Program-made: the position numbers and the translations under genes
DNA from: an uncultured Chloroflexia bacterium
GTDB lineage: Bacteria > Chloroflexota > Limnocylindria > Limnocylindrales > CSP1-4
DNA: 64,000 nucleotides
NCBI GenBank assembly: GCA_963704145.1
Contig: CAVPHB010000001.1
Location: 91,212-155,211 of the forward strand
Reading direction: 5' to 3'
In this document: positions 33,080-43,043 of the stretch, piece after piece
How positions within the stretch are numbered: the stretch's first letter is position 1
How the letters are laid out: each line of letters begins with the position of its first letter
Notes under the pieces: generated by a model
The model's input: the letters and a program-made list of their open reading frames with translations, nothing else
Databases searched by the model: none
What the model was told of the DNA's origin: nothing

Positions 33080-33847
33080 CTAGAGGCGGCCGGCGCTGAT
33101 GATGCGCTGCAGGAAGCGTTGCGTGCGTTCCTGGGTCGGCGTCTTGAGCAGCAGCGACGGCGGGCCCTGCTCGAGGATGACCCCTTCGTCCAGGAAGCAG
33201 ATCCGATCGGCCACGTCGCGTGCGAAGCCCATCTCGTGCGTGGCAATCACGAGTGTCATGCCCTCATCGGCCAGCTCGCGGATGACGTCGAGCACCTCGG
33301 CCACCAGCTCCGGATCGAGCGCTGCCGTGATCTCGTCGAGCAGCAGCAGGTCGGGCTTCATGGCCAGTGCGCGGACGATCGCGGCGCGCTGTTGCTGGCC
33401 GCCGGACAGCCGGTCGGGATACTCGTCGCGCTTGTCGGCCAGGCCGAAGCGAGTCAGCAGCGCCCCTGCCTCTTCCTCGGCCTGCTCGCGCGACATGTGC
33501 AGGACCTTGCGCGGCGCGAGGGTGATGTTTCTCAGCACGCTCATGTGCGGGAACAGGTTGAAAGCCTGGAAGACGATGCCAATTCGGCGCCGTACGCGGT
33601 CGACACTCACGCCGCGCGCGGTTATCTCGTCGCCCTCGATCCAGATGCGGCCGGCGTCGATCTCCTCGAGCAGGTTGATGCAGCGCAGCAGCGTCGACTT
33701 GCCTGAGCCGGAAGCACCGATCAGGCACACGACCTCGTGCTCGGCCACGGTCAGGTCGATGCCGCGCAGCACCTCGAGGCGGTCGAACGACTTGTACAGC
33801 CCCTCGATCTGGAGTGCCGGCGTCGCGTCGTTCATCGCGGCCGTCAT
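33080..33847 (-). CDS. Polar amino-acid ABC transporter ATP-binding protein
   Basis: 255 aa from ATG 33847 (inside ORF 33080..34705). Motifs: GASGSGKSTLLRCIN, LSGGQQQRAAIVRALAM, LLLDEITAALDPE. There is an ATGA overlap with the permease stop. Confidence 0.9.
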   Translation of the reverse strand: MTAAMNDATPALQIEGLYKSFDRLEVLRGIDLTVAEHEVVCLIGASGSGKSTLLRCINLLEEIDAGRIWIEGDEITARGVSVDRVRRRIGIVFQAFNLFPHMSVLRNITLAPRKVLHMSREQAEEEAGALLTRFGLADKRDEYPDRLSGGQQQRAAIVRALAMKPDLLLLDEITAALDPELVAEVLDVIRELADEGMTLVIATHEMGFARDVADRICFLDEGVILEQGPPSLLLKTPTQERTQRFLQRIISAGRL

Positions 33848-34705
33848 CGCGCGCCCGCCAGCTGGCGCCGCCGGTCGCGCGCCGCGAGCCAATCGACGAA
33901 GCGAGCCATGGGGATGGTCAGCACCAGAAAGATCAGGCCAGTGGCCAGGTACGGAGTGAAGTTGAACGAGCCGCCGGCCTCGATCTGCGTCCGCCGAAAT
34001 ATCTCGATCACGCCGATGAACGACACCAGCGCGGTGTCCTTCTGAAGGCCGATGAAGTCGTTCAGTAGCGGCGGGATGACGCGCCGCACGGCCTGCGGCA
34101 GGACCACATAACGCAGTCCCTGGACGCGCGATAAGCCGAGCGACCGGGCCGCCGCTTCCTGCGATGGATGGACGGCCTCGATGCCCGCGCGGTAGACCTC
34201 GGCCACGTACGCCGACCAGACAAGCACCAGTCGCGACCAGGCCCCACACGAACGGATCGGTCGTGACGCCGGGCAGGCGCAAACCGGGTATTCCAAAGCC
34301 AAGGATGTAGATGACGAGGATGCTCGGCACGCCGCGAAAGACATCGACGTAGATCACGGCCGACAGTCGGAGCGGGAAGAAGACCGGACCGGGCAGGCTG
34401 CGCATGACCGCAAGCAGCAGGGCGAGGATGAGGATCAGCATCTCGGCCATGACGAACAGCTGGACGTTCTTCCACAGCGCACGGACGACGTTGGGCAGCG
34501 TCGCCCAGAAGATCTCGGGGTTGAAGAACGACTTCTGGACCTGGGCCCAGCCCGGTGAGGTGACGATCAGGTAGCCGGCCAGACCGAATACGACGATCGT
34601 GCTGGCGAGCGCGACGAGCGTGCCACCGGGCCGCAGGCGGCCGAGCAGCCGAGATTTGCGGCTGCCCGGCAGCTCGGGCGGGGTCGTGGGTGCGACCCCG
34701 CTCAT
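33844..34705 (-). pseudogene. Polar amino-acid ABC transporter permease, one frame switch (~34260)
   Basis: The N-terminal two thirds are in ORF 33080..34705 (…VFRGVPSILVIYILGFGIPG…). The C-terminal third is in ORF 33844..34344 (…EAAARSLGLSRVQGLRYVVLPQAVRRVIPPLLNDFIGLQKDTALVS…). Confidence 0.8.
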
Positions 34706-34727
34706 TCGTCTACCTGAACCTTCGGAG

Positions 34728-35791
34728 CTACTCGAGGAACTTAATGTCCTCGCCGGTATTGATCCATTCGTCGAGGATGTCCTGGGCCGAGCCGTCGGCC
34801 TGGATGTGCGGCAATGGCCTGGTTGACGCAGGCGACCAGCGGGTTGTCGAGCTCGAGCACGAAGCCAACGTGGTCCGGCTCGGCCGGCGGGCCGAACTGG
34901 CCGACGATGGTGCCTTCCGGCTCGTCGGTGCCGAAATCCTCGAGCTGGGCGTCGCGCATGTAGAACGCGGTGGCCAGGTCGACGATGATCCCGTCGATCG
35001 TGTCACCCTGCAGCGCCTGCAGCGCGCCCGTGTTGTCCGGGAAGTTCAAGGGCTCGACAGTCGGCGCGATGACGTTCTCCAGGAAGTTGAAGCTCGTCGT
35101 GTCGGCTGCGGCACCAAGTCGGAATGCCCGCAGCTCCGCGATCGAGGTCACGGCGGTGATGCCGTTCGGCGTCAGCGCCAGCACTGACTGGTTGGATTCG
35201 AAGTACGGGTCGCTGAAGGTCACGGCCTGGGCGCGCTGCTCGGTGATGGCGATCTGGGCCATGTGGAAGTCGAACGCCTTCTCGCCCGGCGCGAACGCCT
35301 GCTCGAAGACCGGGTTGGCGATCCAATCGACCAGCTCGGGACCGAAGCCCATCGACTGCGGCGACCGCATAGGCGGTCGCGCCCTCGAAGCCCTCGCCCG
35401 AATAGGGCTCGGCGCTGAAGTCGCTCTCGCTCCATGGCGAACCACCCTCGGGCTCGTTCGGGTACGGATCCGCGGCGTTGCCGCCCATCCACGGCGGGAA
35501 GGCCGGGATATCCGTGCTGAGCGTCAAGCGGCCGGGGTTCTTGAGCGCCAGGTTTGCCGGCGCGCAGGCGTCAGGCGTGGCGGTGGGCGCGGCGGTTGGA
35601 GCAGCCGTTGGCGTCGGCGCGGCGGTGGGTGCGGCCGTTGGCGCCGCGGTTGGCGCGGCCGTTGGCGCCGCGGTTGGCGCCGCCGTCGGAGCGGCGGTCG
35701 GTGCAGCCGTTGGCGTCGCCGCCGGGACCGCTGTGCAGGCGGCCAGCAGCAAGGCGGCTGGCACGAGCGTAATTGCGCTTCGAAGTCTCAT
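34728..35791 (-). pseudogene. Amino-acid ABC transporter substrate-binding lipoprotein with a (PTAA)n linker, 2 frame switches
   Basis: The lipoprotein signal MRLRSAITLVPAALLLAAC and repeat are in ORF 35003..35791. The PBP type II body (…FDFHMAQIAITEQRAQAVTFSDPYF…GDTIDGIIVDLATAFY…) is in 34741..35445. The end (…DILDEWINTGEDIKFLE*) is in 34728..35006. Confidence 0.75.
35576..35719. repeat. In-frame 12-bp tandem repeat (~11 units) encoding (PTAA)n
   Basis: On the plus strand GTTGGCGC(C/G)GC(G/C) units are visible across 35576-35719. The translated minus strand gives AATPTAAPTAAPTAAPTAAPTAAPTAAPTAAPTAAPTPTAAPTAAPTATP. Confidence 0.8.
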
Positions 35792-35847
35792 GGTCTGTCC
35801 TCCTCTGTGTGGGCGAGGATAGCCATGGCGCGCCGATCGCGCGAGCC

Positions 35848-36213
35848 CTAGGGCCGCCGCTCACCCGCGCTGTGCACGATCGCGGCGATGATCGTCAGCA
35901 ACCCGAACCCGAGCAGCGCGACGAGTGCCCACGGAAACGTCCCGACGGCCCCTTCGGAGATTGGGGCGCTGATGATCACGCCCAGTCCGGTGGCCATCAG
36001 GATCAGCCCCCAGCCGGCGACGATCCAGCGCGGCAGGCGCGGGATGAAGATCCACGCCAGCAGCAGGCCGAGCTGGAGGAGCCCAGCCAGCCAGAGCACG
36101 ACCACGTCGACCGGACGGCGCGTGGCCTCGACCATCGCCATCGCCGCGGACGTCGTCAGCGCCGACACGGTCAGCCCGGTGAGTGCGAGCGCGAACCGGT
36201 CGCGGATCGGCAT
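35848..36213 (-). CDS. Small hypothetical membrane protein (~121 aa, 3-4 TM helices) at the 3' end of the paa operon
   Basis: The ATG at 36213 overlaps the paaD stop (ATGA). Hydrophobic helices include …VVVLWLAGLLQLGLLLAWIFI… and …WALVALLGFGLLTIIAAIV…. Confidence 0.45.
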   Translation of the reverse strand: MPIRDRFALALTGLTVSALTTSAAMAMVEATRRPVDVVVLWLAGLLQLGLLLAWIFIPRLPRWIVAGWGLILMATGLGVIISAPISEGAVGTFPWALVALLGFGLLTIIAAIVHSAGERRP

Positions 36214-36728
36214 CAGACCTCCTTGAACTGCTCGAATGGCTGCCGACAGTCGGCACAGTGGTAGATCGCGCGGCACAACGTCGGCCCGAAGGCGTTTTCG
36301 AGCGTTGTGTTGTGCGAAGCGCAGTATGGGCACTCGGCAGCCGGCAGGACAGGCAGAACCGACAACTCCCGTGACGCATCATCCGACCGCGGCGAAGGCG
36401 GCGCGAAGCCGCTCGCGCGCAGCGCGCTGCGACCGTCGGGCGTGATGCGCTCGGTTGTCCACGGCTCGGCGAAGCTGATCTCGACGCTCACGTCGGCAGC
36501 GAACTCGCGCAGCCGCTCCTCGACCGAGGTGCGCATGACCTCGATCGCAGGGCAGCCGACGAAGGTTGGCAGCAGCTCCACGCGCACCCGGCCGGGCGCG
36601 GCCTCGACGCTGCGCACGACGCCCAGATCGACGACCGAGATGGTCGGGATCTCCGGGTCGTGCACGTCGTGCAGCGCGGCCCAGATAGCCGCCTCGAGCG
36701 GACGGGCGGCGACCGACGGCGCTACCAC
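36213..36728 (-). CDS. paaD: 1,2-phenylacetyl-CoA epoxidase subunit D (PaaD; DUF59 plus zinc ribbon)
   Basis: Intact 171-aa ORF with a GTG start. It reads HDVHDPEIPTISVVDLGVVR…LLPTFVGCPA… and ends CPYCAS…LCRAIYHCADCRQPFEQFK. Confidence 0.85.
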   Translation of the reverse strand: MVAPSVAARPLEAAIWAALHDVHDPEIPTISVVDLGVVRSVEAAPGRVRVELLPTFVGCPAIEVMRTSVEERLREFAADVSVEISFAEPWTTERITPDGRSALRASGFAPPSPRSDDASRELSVLPVLPAAECPYCASHNTTLENAFGPTLCRAIYHCADCRQPFEQFKEV

Positions 36729-37573
36729 TCGGCGCCCTGCTCGAGCCGGGCGACGGAGGTGAACTGCCCCACAGCCAGCGGAACGATTCGGCCGGCTGAG
36801 CGTGGTCGCGTCCGTCCGCCGGCGGCCGGCCGGTCGCCGGGATCGGCGCAGCCTCAGCTGATCGAGTCAGGCCGTTGACCTCCGACCGCCAGCGGTCGGC
36901 CAGCACGGCCAGCGGCGTGGCGAGTATCCCGGCCGCGATGAGCACCTCTTCCCCGGGCAGCGGCGTGAAGACGGTCAGTGCGTCCGGCGCAAGGGCGTGC
37001 AGGGCGTGACACGAGCCTTGTCGCGCGGCTCGCCGTCGTGGGCGGCGAGCCGGCGCAGCCAGGTGTCGAGGTGCATCAGGTGGTAGCGCTCCTCGCGCCG
37101 GACCTTGGCCACCACCTCGGCCAGCGGCACGAACGCGGATGCGGCCAGCGCGGCGAGGCGGACGGAATCGGCCGTGTCGTACAGCCAGCGCCGGGCGATC
37201 GAGAATGCCCAGTCCTGGTACGCGGCTGGTCGAGCAGGCGCGCGTGGCGGTACTCCTCCGGCGCGCGATGGAAGGCCAGCCGATCGGCGTTGCTCATCGG
37301 TCAGCTGCGGCGACGCATCTCGTACCACACGCGGGCGTGGCCGATCTCGTCCTGCGCAAGCGAGCTGAAGGCGACGTCCTCCTCGAGCAGCGGCGCGATG
37401 CCGGTCCACTCGGAGTCCCGGAAGCCGCAGACGAACTCGTCATCGGCCATCGTCAGCAGCAGCTCGGCCAGGGCGCCGCGCTGCGCCGCGTCGAGCGCGT
37501 CGGCCGAGAAGGCAGCAACGTCGGGCTGGAGCAGCTGGCGCGTGGGTCGTCGGGCGTGCTCTGTCGTGCTCAT
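36722..37573 (-). pseudogene. paaC: 1,2-phenylacetyl-CoA epoxidase subunit C (PaaC), at least 3 frame switches
   Basis: MSTTEH…LAELLLTMADDEFVCGFRDSEWTGIAPLLEEDVAFSSLAQDEIGHARVWY is in ORF 37301..37885. …YQDWAFSIARRWLYDTADSVRLAAL…EERYHLMHLDTWLRRL is in 36975..37409. The end is in a third frame (…LEQGAEW*, TAG 36722-36724). Confidence 0.7.
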
Positions 37574-37961
37574 TGCCGGTCGCCCCCGGGCCTGCGCCTT
37601 GGCGCGCTTCTTGGCCAGGTCGAGCTTGTCGCGCAGGACGTAGCCGCCCGGCTTCTTGAACGTCCGGTCGAGCGGCGGCTGGAGCAGGTCCGGGTCGGAC
37701 AGGTCGCGTGATCTGCGTGCGCTGCACGACCCACAGCCGGACACTCTCCTGGCGCCGGCGTAGAACTCGCGCGCGTAGTGGATGCGCCAGGTCGCGATCG
37801 GGCGCGCGGACGTTGCCCGCGTGGACCATCGGGTCGCCGTCCTTCTCCTGGCGAAAGACCTCCCACACGCCCGGGTCGGCCTCATCGCCCAGTCGGCCGG
37901 CCTCGTCGCGCCGCCCCTCGGCGCCGGTCGCGGCCGCGGCGGAAGACGCGTCGTCCTTCAT
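37570..37961 (-). pseudogene. paaB: 1,2-phenylacetyl-CoA epoxidase subunit B (PaaB), 3-4 frame switches in ~390 nt
   Basis: WEVFRQEKDGDPMVHAGNVRAPDRDLA and RRQESVRLWVVQRTQIT are in the frame of ORF 37440..37961. IHYAREFYA and DLSDPDLLQPPLDRTFKKPGGY are in the frame of ORF 37301..37885. A TGA overlapping the paaC ATG (37570-37573) is in a third frame. Confidence 0.75.
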
Positions 37962-38156
37962 CGGGCACTTTCCCGTGTGACGGAACGGAACGTGCGCTTC
38001 GCGGCCTCATGCGGCCGTTGAGACCGGCTCCCGATGCACACCAACTGACTCACGCCAGGTTGTTGGGTGACATACATGGGCGTTTTCGCCGGCCAGACAC
38101 TCGGGATTGGCCGAGCGCGTTCACTGATTTCGGGATTCTGCTCGGTAGCCACTCTG

Positions 38157-39172
38157 TCAGGCCGCCGCCGAAGGCGCGGCGAGGATGGTCGCCCGCACCC
38201 ACGCGGTCTGCTCGTGGTTCAGCCGCCGGAAGTCGAGCCGCTCCTGCGCTCTTGGGGCCGTGGCCGGTAACGACCGTGCGCAGCTCCTGCCAGTCGGGCT
38301 CGGTGTAGCGCCACTCCCCGGTCGCGCTCGTCGAGGTGCAGTTCCGGGTCAGGCGGGAAGAGGCCGATCTCCCACAGCCGCGGCACGTACGTCGACAGGA
38401 ACTCCTGGCGCAGCTGCTCGCCCGTCTTCTCCTTGATGCGCCAGAAGAGGTCGCGATCCCTGGCCGGGTCGGTGCGCGGGCCGTGCATCTGCATCAGCGG
38501 CCCCCACCACCGATCGAGCGCCTCCTGGACCATGTCGCGCTGCATCTGGGTGCCGTTCATCATCGTCACGACCACGTCGCGGCCGTGCATGATGTGGACC
38601 GACTCCTCCCAGCAGATCTTCTTCATCGTGCGGCTGTACGGGCCATAGCTCGACTCGCGCAGCGCCTGCTGGGCGACGATCGCGGCCGCGTCGACGAGCC
38701 AGGCGATGATGCCCACGTCGCCCCACGACTTGGTCGGGTAGTGGAAGACGTTGTGGAACTTGGTCTTGCCGTCGAGCAGGTCCTGGTACATCTGCTCGCG
38801 CGTCTTGCCCAGGTCCTCCGCCACGCGGTACAGCAGCTGGGCGTGGCCGGCCTCGTCCTGGACCTTGGCCGTCAGCGCCAGCTTTCGCTTGCAGGGTCGG
38901 GCGCGCGCATGATCCACTCGCGCTCGGGCAGGATGCCCATCAGCTCGCTGTTGGCGTGCATCTCGACGAAGCGCAGCACGCTGGTGCGGTATTCGTCGGG
39001 CATCCAGTCGCGCGCCTCGACCTTGTGGCCGGCCTGGACGTGCTCGACGAAGGCGTCGTAGCGCTCCTCGTGGGTCAGGTCGGGATCGGCGAACAGCGCG
39101 CGTCCCGCGGTCTTCGGGCGCCAGGATGGGCGCGAGGCGAGAGCGGATCGGTCACGCGAACGTCCTCATCAT
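38157..39172 (-). pseudogene. paaA: 1,2-phenylacetyl-CoA epoxidase catalytic subunit A (PaaA), at least 3 frame switches
   Basis: ORF 38219..38917 holds the core: KRKLALTAKVQDEAGHAQLLY…KFHNVFHYPTKSWGDVGIIAWLVDAAAIVAQ…SYGPYSRTMKKICWEESVH. The N-terminus (…DWMPDEYRTSVLRFVEMHANSELMG…) and C-terminus (GEWRYTEPDWQELRTVVTGHGPKS / QERLDFRRLNHEQTAW…*) lie in other frames. Confidence 0.8.
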
Positions 39173-39768
39173 GAAGTTCGGGCTCGGGGTTGGCCAGGCC
39201 GTGCAAGGAGAGGTCGGCGTGCTGGTCGGCGATCTCGTCCGGCGTAACGTGTGCCATCGGGTCGGAACCAGGTCGCGATGCCGTTGAGCGCGGAGAGGAT
39301 CGCCATCGCCGTCAGCGCGCGGGTCGACCGGCTTGAAGTCGCCCGTGCGCGACGCCCTCGCGCGATCGCCTGGCGAAAGAGCGCTTCATAATCGTCGCGC
39401 CGGCCGGCCATCTGATCACGCCGCGTCCTGGGACAGGAAGCGCCACTCGTGCAGGAACACGGCGGCGTCCTTCTGGGCGCTGGTCACGACACCGACGTGG
39501 GCGCGGATCATTGCTCGCAGCCGGGCCGATGCCGGGCCGTCGCTGGCAGCCAGCGGACCGACCTCGGCGTTGAAGCGATCCGCCGCACGGATCACGATCG
39601 CCCACAGCATGTCCTCCTTGGACGCCACGTGCGCGTACAGGACTGCCGCCCTGCATGTCCAGCGCGTGGGCGATGTCGCGCACGCTCGTCGCCGCGTAGC
39701 CGCGCTCGCGGAAGAGCGTCGGAGGCGGCGTCCTCGATCTGCTGGCGGCGCGGCGTCTCGGTCGTCAT
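39169..39768 (-). pseudogene. TetR-family transcriptional regulator (probable paa regulator), at least 3 frame switches
   Basis: Starts at ATG 39768 (MTTETPRR…). The HTH region …RGYAATSVRDIAHAL… and the body ASKEDMLWAIVIRAADRF…MIRAHVGVV…FLHEWRFL (ORF 39416..39628), then …DDYEALFRQAI…AILSALNGIATWFRPDG (ORF 39169..39411), are in different frames. Confidence 0.7.
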
Positions 39769-39784
39769 GAGCGGGGCAGTCTAA

Positions 39785-39798
39785 CTAACGATTGTTAG
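39785..39798. promoter_or_regulatory. Small AT-rich palindrome upstream of the tetR-paa operon (candidate TetR operator)
   Basis: CTAAC-GATT-GTTAG lies 17 nt upstream of the tetR start codon, in an otherwise GC-rich context. It is embedded in CTAACTAACGATTGTTAGG. Confidence 0.4.
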
Positions 39799-39956
39799 GT
39801 CGGTCAAGTGGCCCCCCTAGCCGGCCACGCACTCGTGGATGCGAAACTTCACCACGTGCCCGCCCGTGGTTGGAGCTTCACGTTCCGCCGATCCTTGCCT
39901 GGAGCGGCGCCGGATTGAGGTGTAGTCGGCTCGCTGAAGCGGCTTATACTGCGGGC

Positions 39957-40846
39957 ATGCAGCCGCGTCGCCACGCGTGGTGGCTGATCATTGCGCCCTT
40001 GTTGGCGGCCGCGTGCTCGGGTCCCGCGCCGACTGCCAGTGCTCCTGTGCCACACCCTCCGCCACGGCTCAACCGTCTGAAGGCGCCCTGGCGCATTACG
40101 CCGGCGACACTTCGTTCGACTATCCAGCCGAGTGGCGGGTGATCGCCGAGAACGACATCCGAATCGGCCAGATCACCTACGTTGTTGTCGGGACAGGCGA
40201 GTGGCGCTCGGGATGCAACCTATCTGAGTGCACCGGCGCCGATGTCTTCGTTGCCGATCCGGGCGAGCTCGTTGCCCACTTCAGCTCGACCTATTCGGGC
40301 CCTGCTGATCCTGTCTATTCGACACCGCCTCTGGATGCGCGGCAGCTCCCCAGCGGATTGGCCGCAACGATCGAGGACGGCGCACAGACCACACTTGCGA
40401 CGGTATTCATCCCTGGACGTCGCGCGCTGACCGTTGACGTGCGCTACGGCGGCGAGCCCTCTGATTCCCGACGGGTGGCAGTGCACCGGATGATCGACAG
40501 CATCGCCGCGGGTGGCCAGTCTCCCGCCAACATTCGCACGGCTGCGTCATCGACCTCCTCCGTGGACTGCGTTGACCGGACCATTCAGGGGCAACTGGCG
40601 CGCGGCGATCTCGGCGGGCTCAACATCGCCCTGCCCGCCTTCTCGTGGGCAGCTGTCGAGTGGCCCCACGGCTGGACGGCGAGCATGGGTGAGGATCGTC
40701 GCGTCGAGCTGTTCGACGAATTGGGTGAATACGTCGCCCGAGAGTGGGACGACGTGGAGGTCGGCGGTCGTGGCGACAGCAACGAGTTCGTGGCGTGCGC
40801 CGATGCGGTGTCGGTTGTCCAGCCCTTCCCGCTAGCACCCGACTAG
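39957..40846 (+). pseudogene. Hypothetical lipoprotein, one frame switch (~40040)
   Basis: The signal/lipobox MQPRRHAWWLIIAPLLAAACSG is in ORF 39792..40142. The body (…AHYAGDTSFDYPAEWRVIAENDIRIGQITYVVVGTGEW…) is in ORF 39977..40846. Confidence 0.45.
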
Positions 40847-40872
40847 ATCCGGCTGAGAGCCTCGCCCGCCGA

Positions 40873-42127
40873 TCAGGGCGAATCGCCAGCCGGCGGTGGC
40901 CGGTCCATGGCGCGCATCGCCGGATTGATGAAGATCGAGATGGTCACGGCGAGGTACGAGGCGGCCATCAACACGATGGCCGTGACGACGCCGAATCGCT
41001 CGCTGATCAGGCCGGCGAGCAGCATGCCGACGGGCATGGCGACGTAGGCGCCGGACGTCAGCGCTCCGATCACCCGGCCACGCATGGCGCGCGGAACACG
41101 TTCGAACATGACCGTCGAGAGGATCGGGTTGATCGGGCCGGCGGCCAGGCCGGTGACCACCAACGCTGCCAGCGCAACTGGGAAGGGCGGGCGAAGCGCC
41201 GAGCACCCAAAACGGCAAGCCGACGATCACGAACGAGAGACCAAAGGTCAGCCTCCGTGGCAGGCGCGGCCCGACGATGCCGTAGCCGATCGCGCCAACC
41301 AGCGCCGCGCCACCGAAAGCCCCGATCAGGAGGCCCAGCCCAACCGCCGAGCCGTAGGTCTCGAAGCTGTAGACAGGCATGATCACCGCCAGCAGCGGCG
41401 CGTCGAGGAAGTTGGTGATCATGACGGTCAGGACCAGTGCGCGCGCCAGCCGGTCACGCCACAGGAAGCGCAGGCCCTCGAGCAGCTCGTCGATGTAGCG
41501 TCCTCTGACCGGTACTTCGGCGACATCCTCGCCCGCCGCGGCCGCGTGCTGCCTGATCGCCGGAGTCAGCAGGCCGATCAGCACCGCCGAGACGAGGAAG
41601 CTGGCCGCGTCCAGGAACAGCACATTCTGGGTGCCCATCAACAGGATCAGGGCGCCGCCGAGCGGTGCGCCGACCAGCATCGCGCCACGACGGACGGCCT
41701 GCGAAACGCTCGTCGCCCGCTCCAGCGGCGTGCCCGAAAGCTCGGCCAGGTCGGGCAGCATCGAGCTGCGGGCCGCGGTTCCCGGAGCGTCGAGCAGGGC
41801 GCCCAGGAAGACGAGGATCAACAGCTGCCAGGCCTGGATGCCCCACAGCAGGTGAACGACCGGGACGGCCGCGACCGTCACGGCGCTGGCCAGGTCGGCC
41901 ACGACCGACACCCTGCGAAAGCCGATCCGGTCGACCAATGTGCCGCCCAGGAACGACGCGACCAATGACGCGAGAGCGGTGAAGAAGGCGACCAGGCCGG
42001 TCAGCGCGGCGCTGCCGGTCAACTCGAGCACGAACCACGGAATGGCGATCAGCGTCAGCACGTTGCCGGAGACCGAGATCGCGTCGCTCGCGTACAGGGC
42101 GAGCAGCGGTATGCGTCGCGCTATCAA
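40873..42127 (-). pseudogene. MFS transporter (EntS/macrolide-efflux-like), one frame switch (~41180)
   Basis: ORF 40832..42127 covers TM1-10 (…GTLVDRIGFRRV…). The last two helices (…VVTGLAAGPINPILSTVMFERVPRAMRGRVIGAL…) are in ORF 40873..41163. Confidence 0.75.
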
Positions 42128-42163
42128 CGAGAGCCTAGCCAGACGGAGGTGGCGCCGCCGGCC

Positions 42164-42901
42164 CTACGGCGTCGTGGTGTCGAGTACGACGGCGATGGCC
42201 AACCCGTCGTAGCCCTTGGCGCCGACGGTCTGCACGATGGTCGCCGTCAGGCGCGGGTCGGCGGCCAGCCGCGCGTTGAATTGGCGGATCCCCCGGACGG
42301 CTCGATCGGGATTGAAGGGCTCGACGACCTGACCCCCGCGGACGACGTTGTCGGCCACGATCAGCGTGCCCGGTCGGGCGAGGCGAACCGACCAGTCGAG
42401 ATAGTCGGTGTAGCCCTCCTTGTCGGCGTCGATGAAGACCATGTCGAAGGGCTCTACGGACTGGTCGGCCAGGCGAGCCAGGCTGACGATGGCCGGCCCG
42501 ACCATGACTTCGACGACCATGCCCAAGCCGGCCCGTTCGAGGTTGGCCCGCGCCACGTCCGCGTGATGCGCGTCGAGCTCGAGACTGATCAAACGGCCAT
42601 CGACCGGCAGCGCCCGGCCGAGCCAGATCGCGCTGTAACCGCCGAGCGTGCCGACCTCGAGGATGCGTTTCGCCCCGATGGCGCGCGCCAACAGGTGGAG
42701 CAGCTTGCCCTGCGCGGCCGAGACCTGGATGGACGGCAAGCCGCCCGCCGCGCTGGCCCGCAGCGCCTCATCGAGCACGGCGCTGTTCAGCCCGAACAGG
42801 TCGGCCACGTAGTCGTCCACGCGGTCCCATGCGGCGCGATCGTCGGCAATACCGGGTGCCATCTGCTCCGGAAATATGAGCGACCAGTCAGCGGGCGTCA
42901 A
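42164..42901 (-). CDS. Class I SAM-dependent O-methyltransferase (family 3, caffeoyl-CoA OMT-like)
   Basis: Intact 245-aa ORF. It reads …QGKLLHLLARAIGAKRILEVGTLGGYSAIWLGRAL…GRLISLELD…FDMVFIDADKEGY…RPGTLIVADNVV…. Confidence 0.8.
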   Translation of the reverse strand: MTPADWSLIFPEQMAPGIADDRAAWDRVDDYVADLFGLNSAVLDEALRASAAGGLPSIQVSAAQGKLLHLLARAIGAKRILEVGTLGGYSAIWLGRALPVDGRLISLELDAHHADVARANLERAGLGMVVEVMVGPAIVSLARLADQSVEPFDMVFIDADKEGYTDYLDWSVRLARPGTLIVADNVVRGGQVVEPFNPDRAVRGIRQFNARLAADPRLTATIVQTVGAKGYDGLAIAVVLDTTTP

Positions 42902-43043
42902 TCAACCCGCCGATGCGATGCACGGGATGTGGGCATACGCTCCGCCACCCGAGTGTGACCATTGCTGCCCGCCCCGCAGTACATCAGGCGACCCCCACGG
43001 GCGGCTGCATCTGGTCACGATAGGGGTGCTATGAGATGGTTGC

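Noticed and set aside
33080-34705. 541-aa ORF that looks like an ABC permease-ATPase fusion
   Set aside because: The middle ~120 residues are out-of-frame junk. The permease C-terminus is in ORF 33844..34344, ending at a TGA that overlaps the ATPase ATG (33844-33847). These are two normal genes plus one frame switch.
35576-35719. Possible CRISPR-like or other noncoding repeat array (also the GAGCCG-rich stretch at ~43600-43700)
   Set aside because: The periods are 12 nt and 6 nt with no spacers. Both are in frame inside coding regions (a PTAA tether and a PEPEPAP linker). There are no cas genes.
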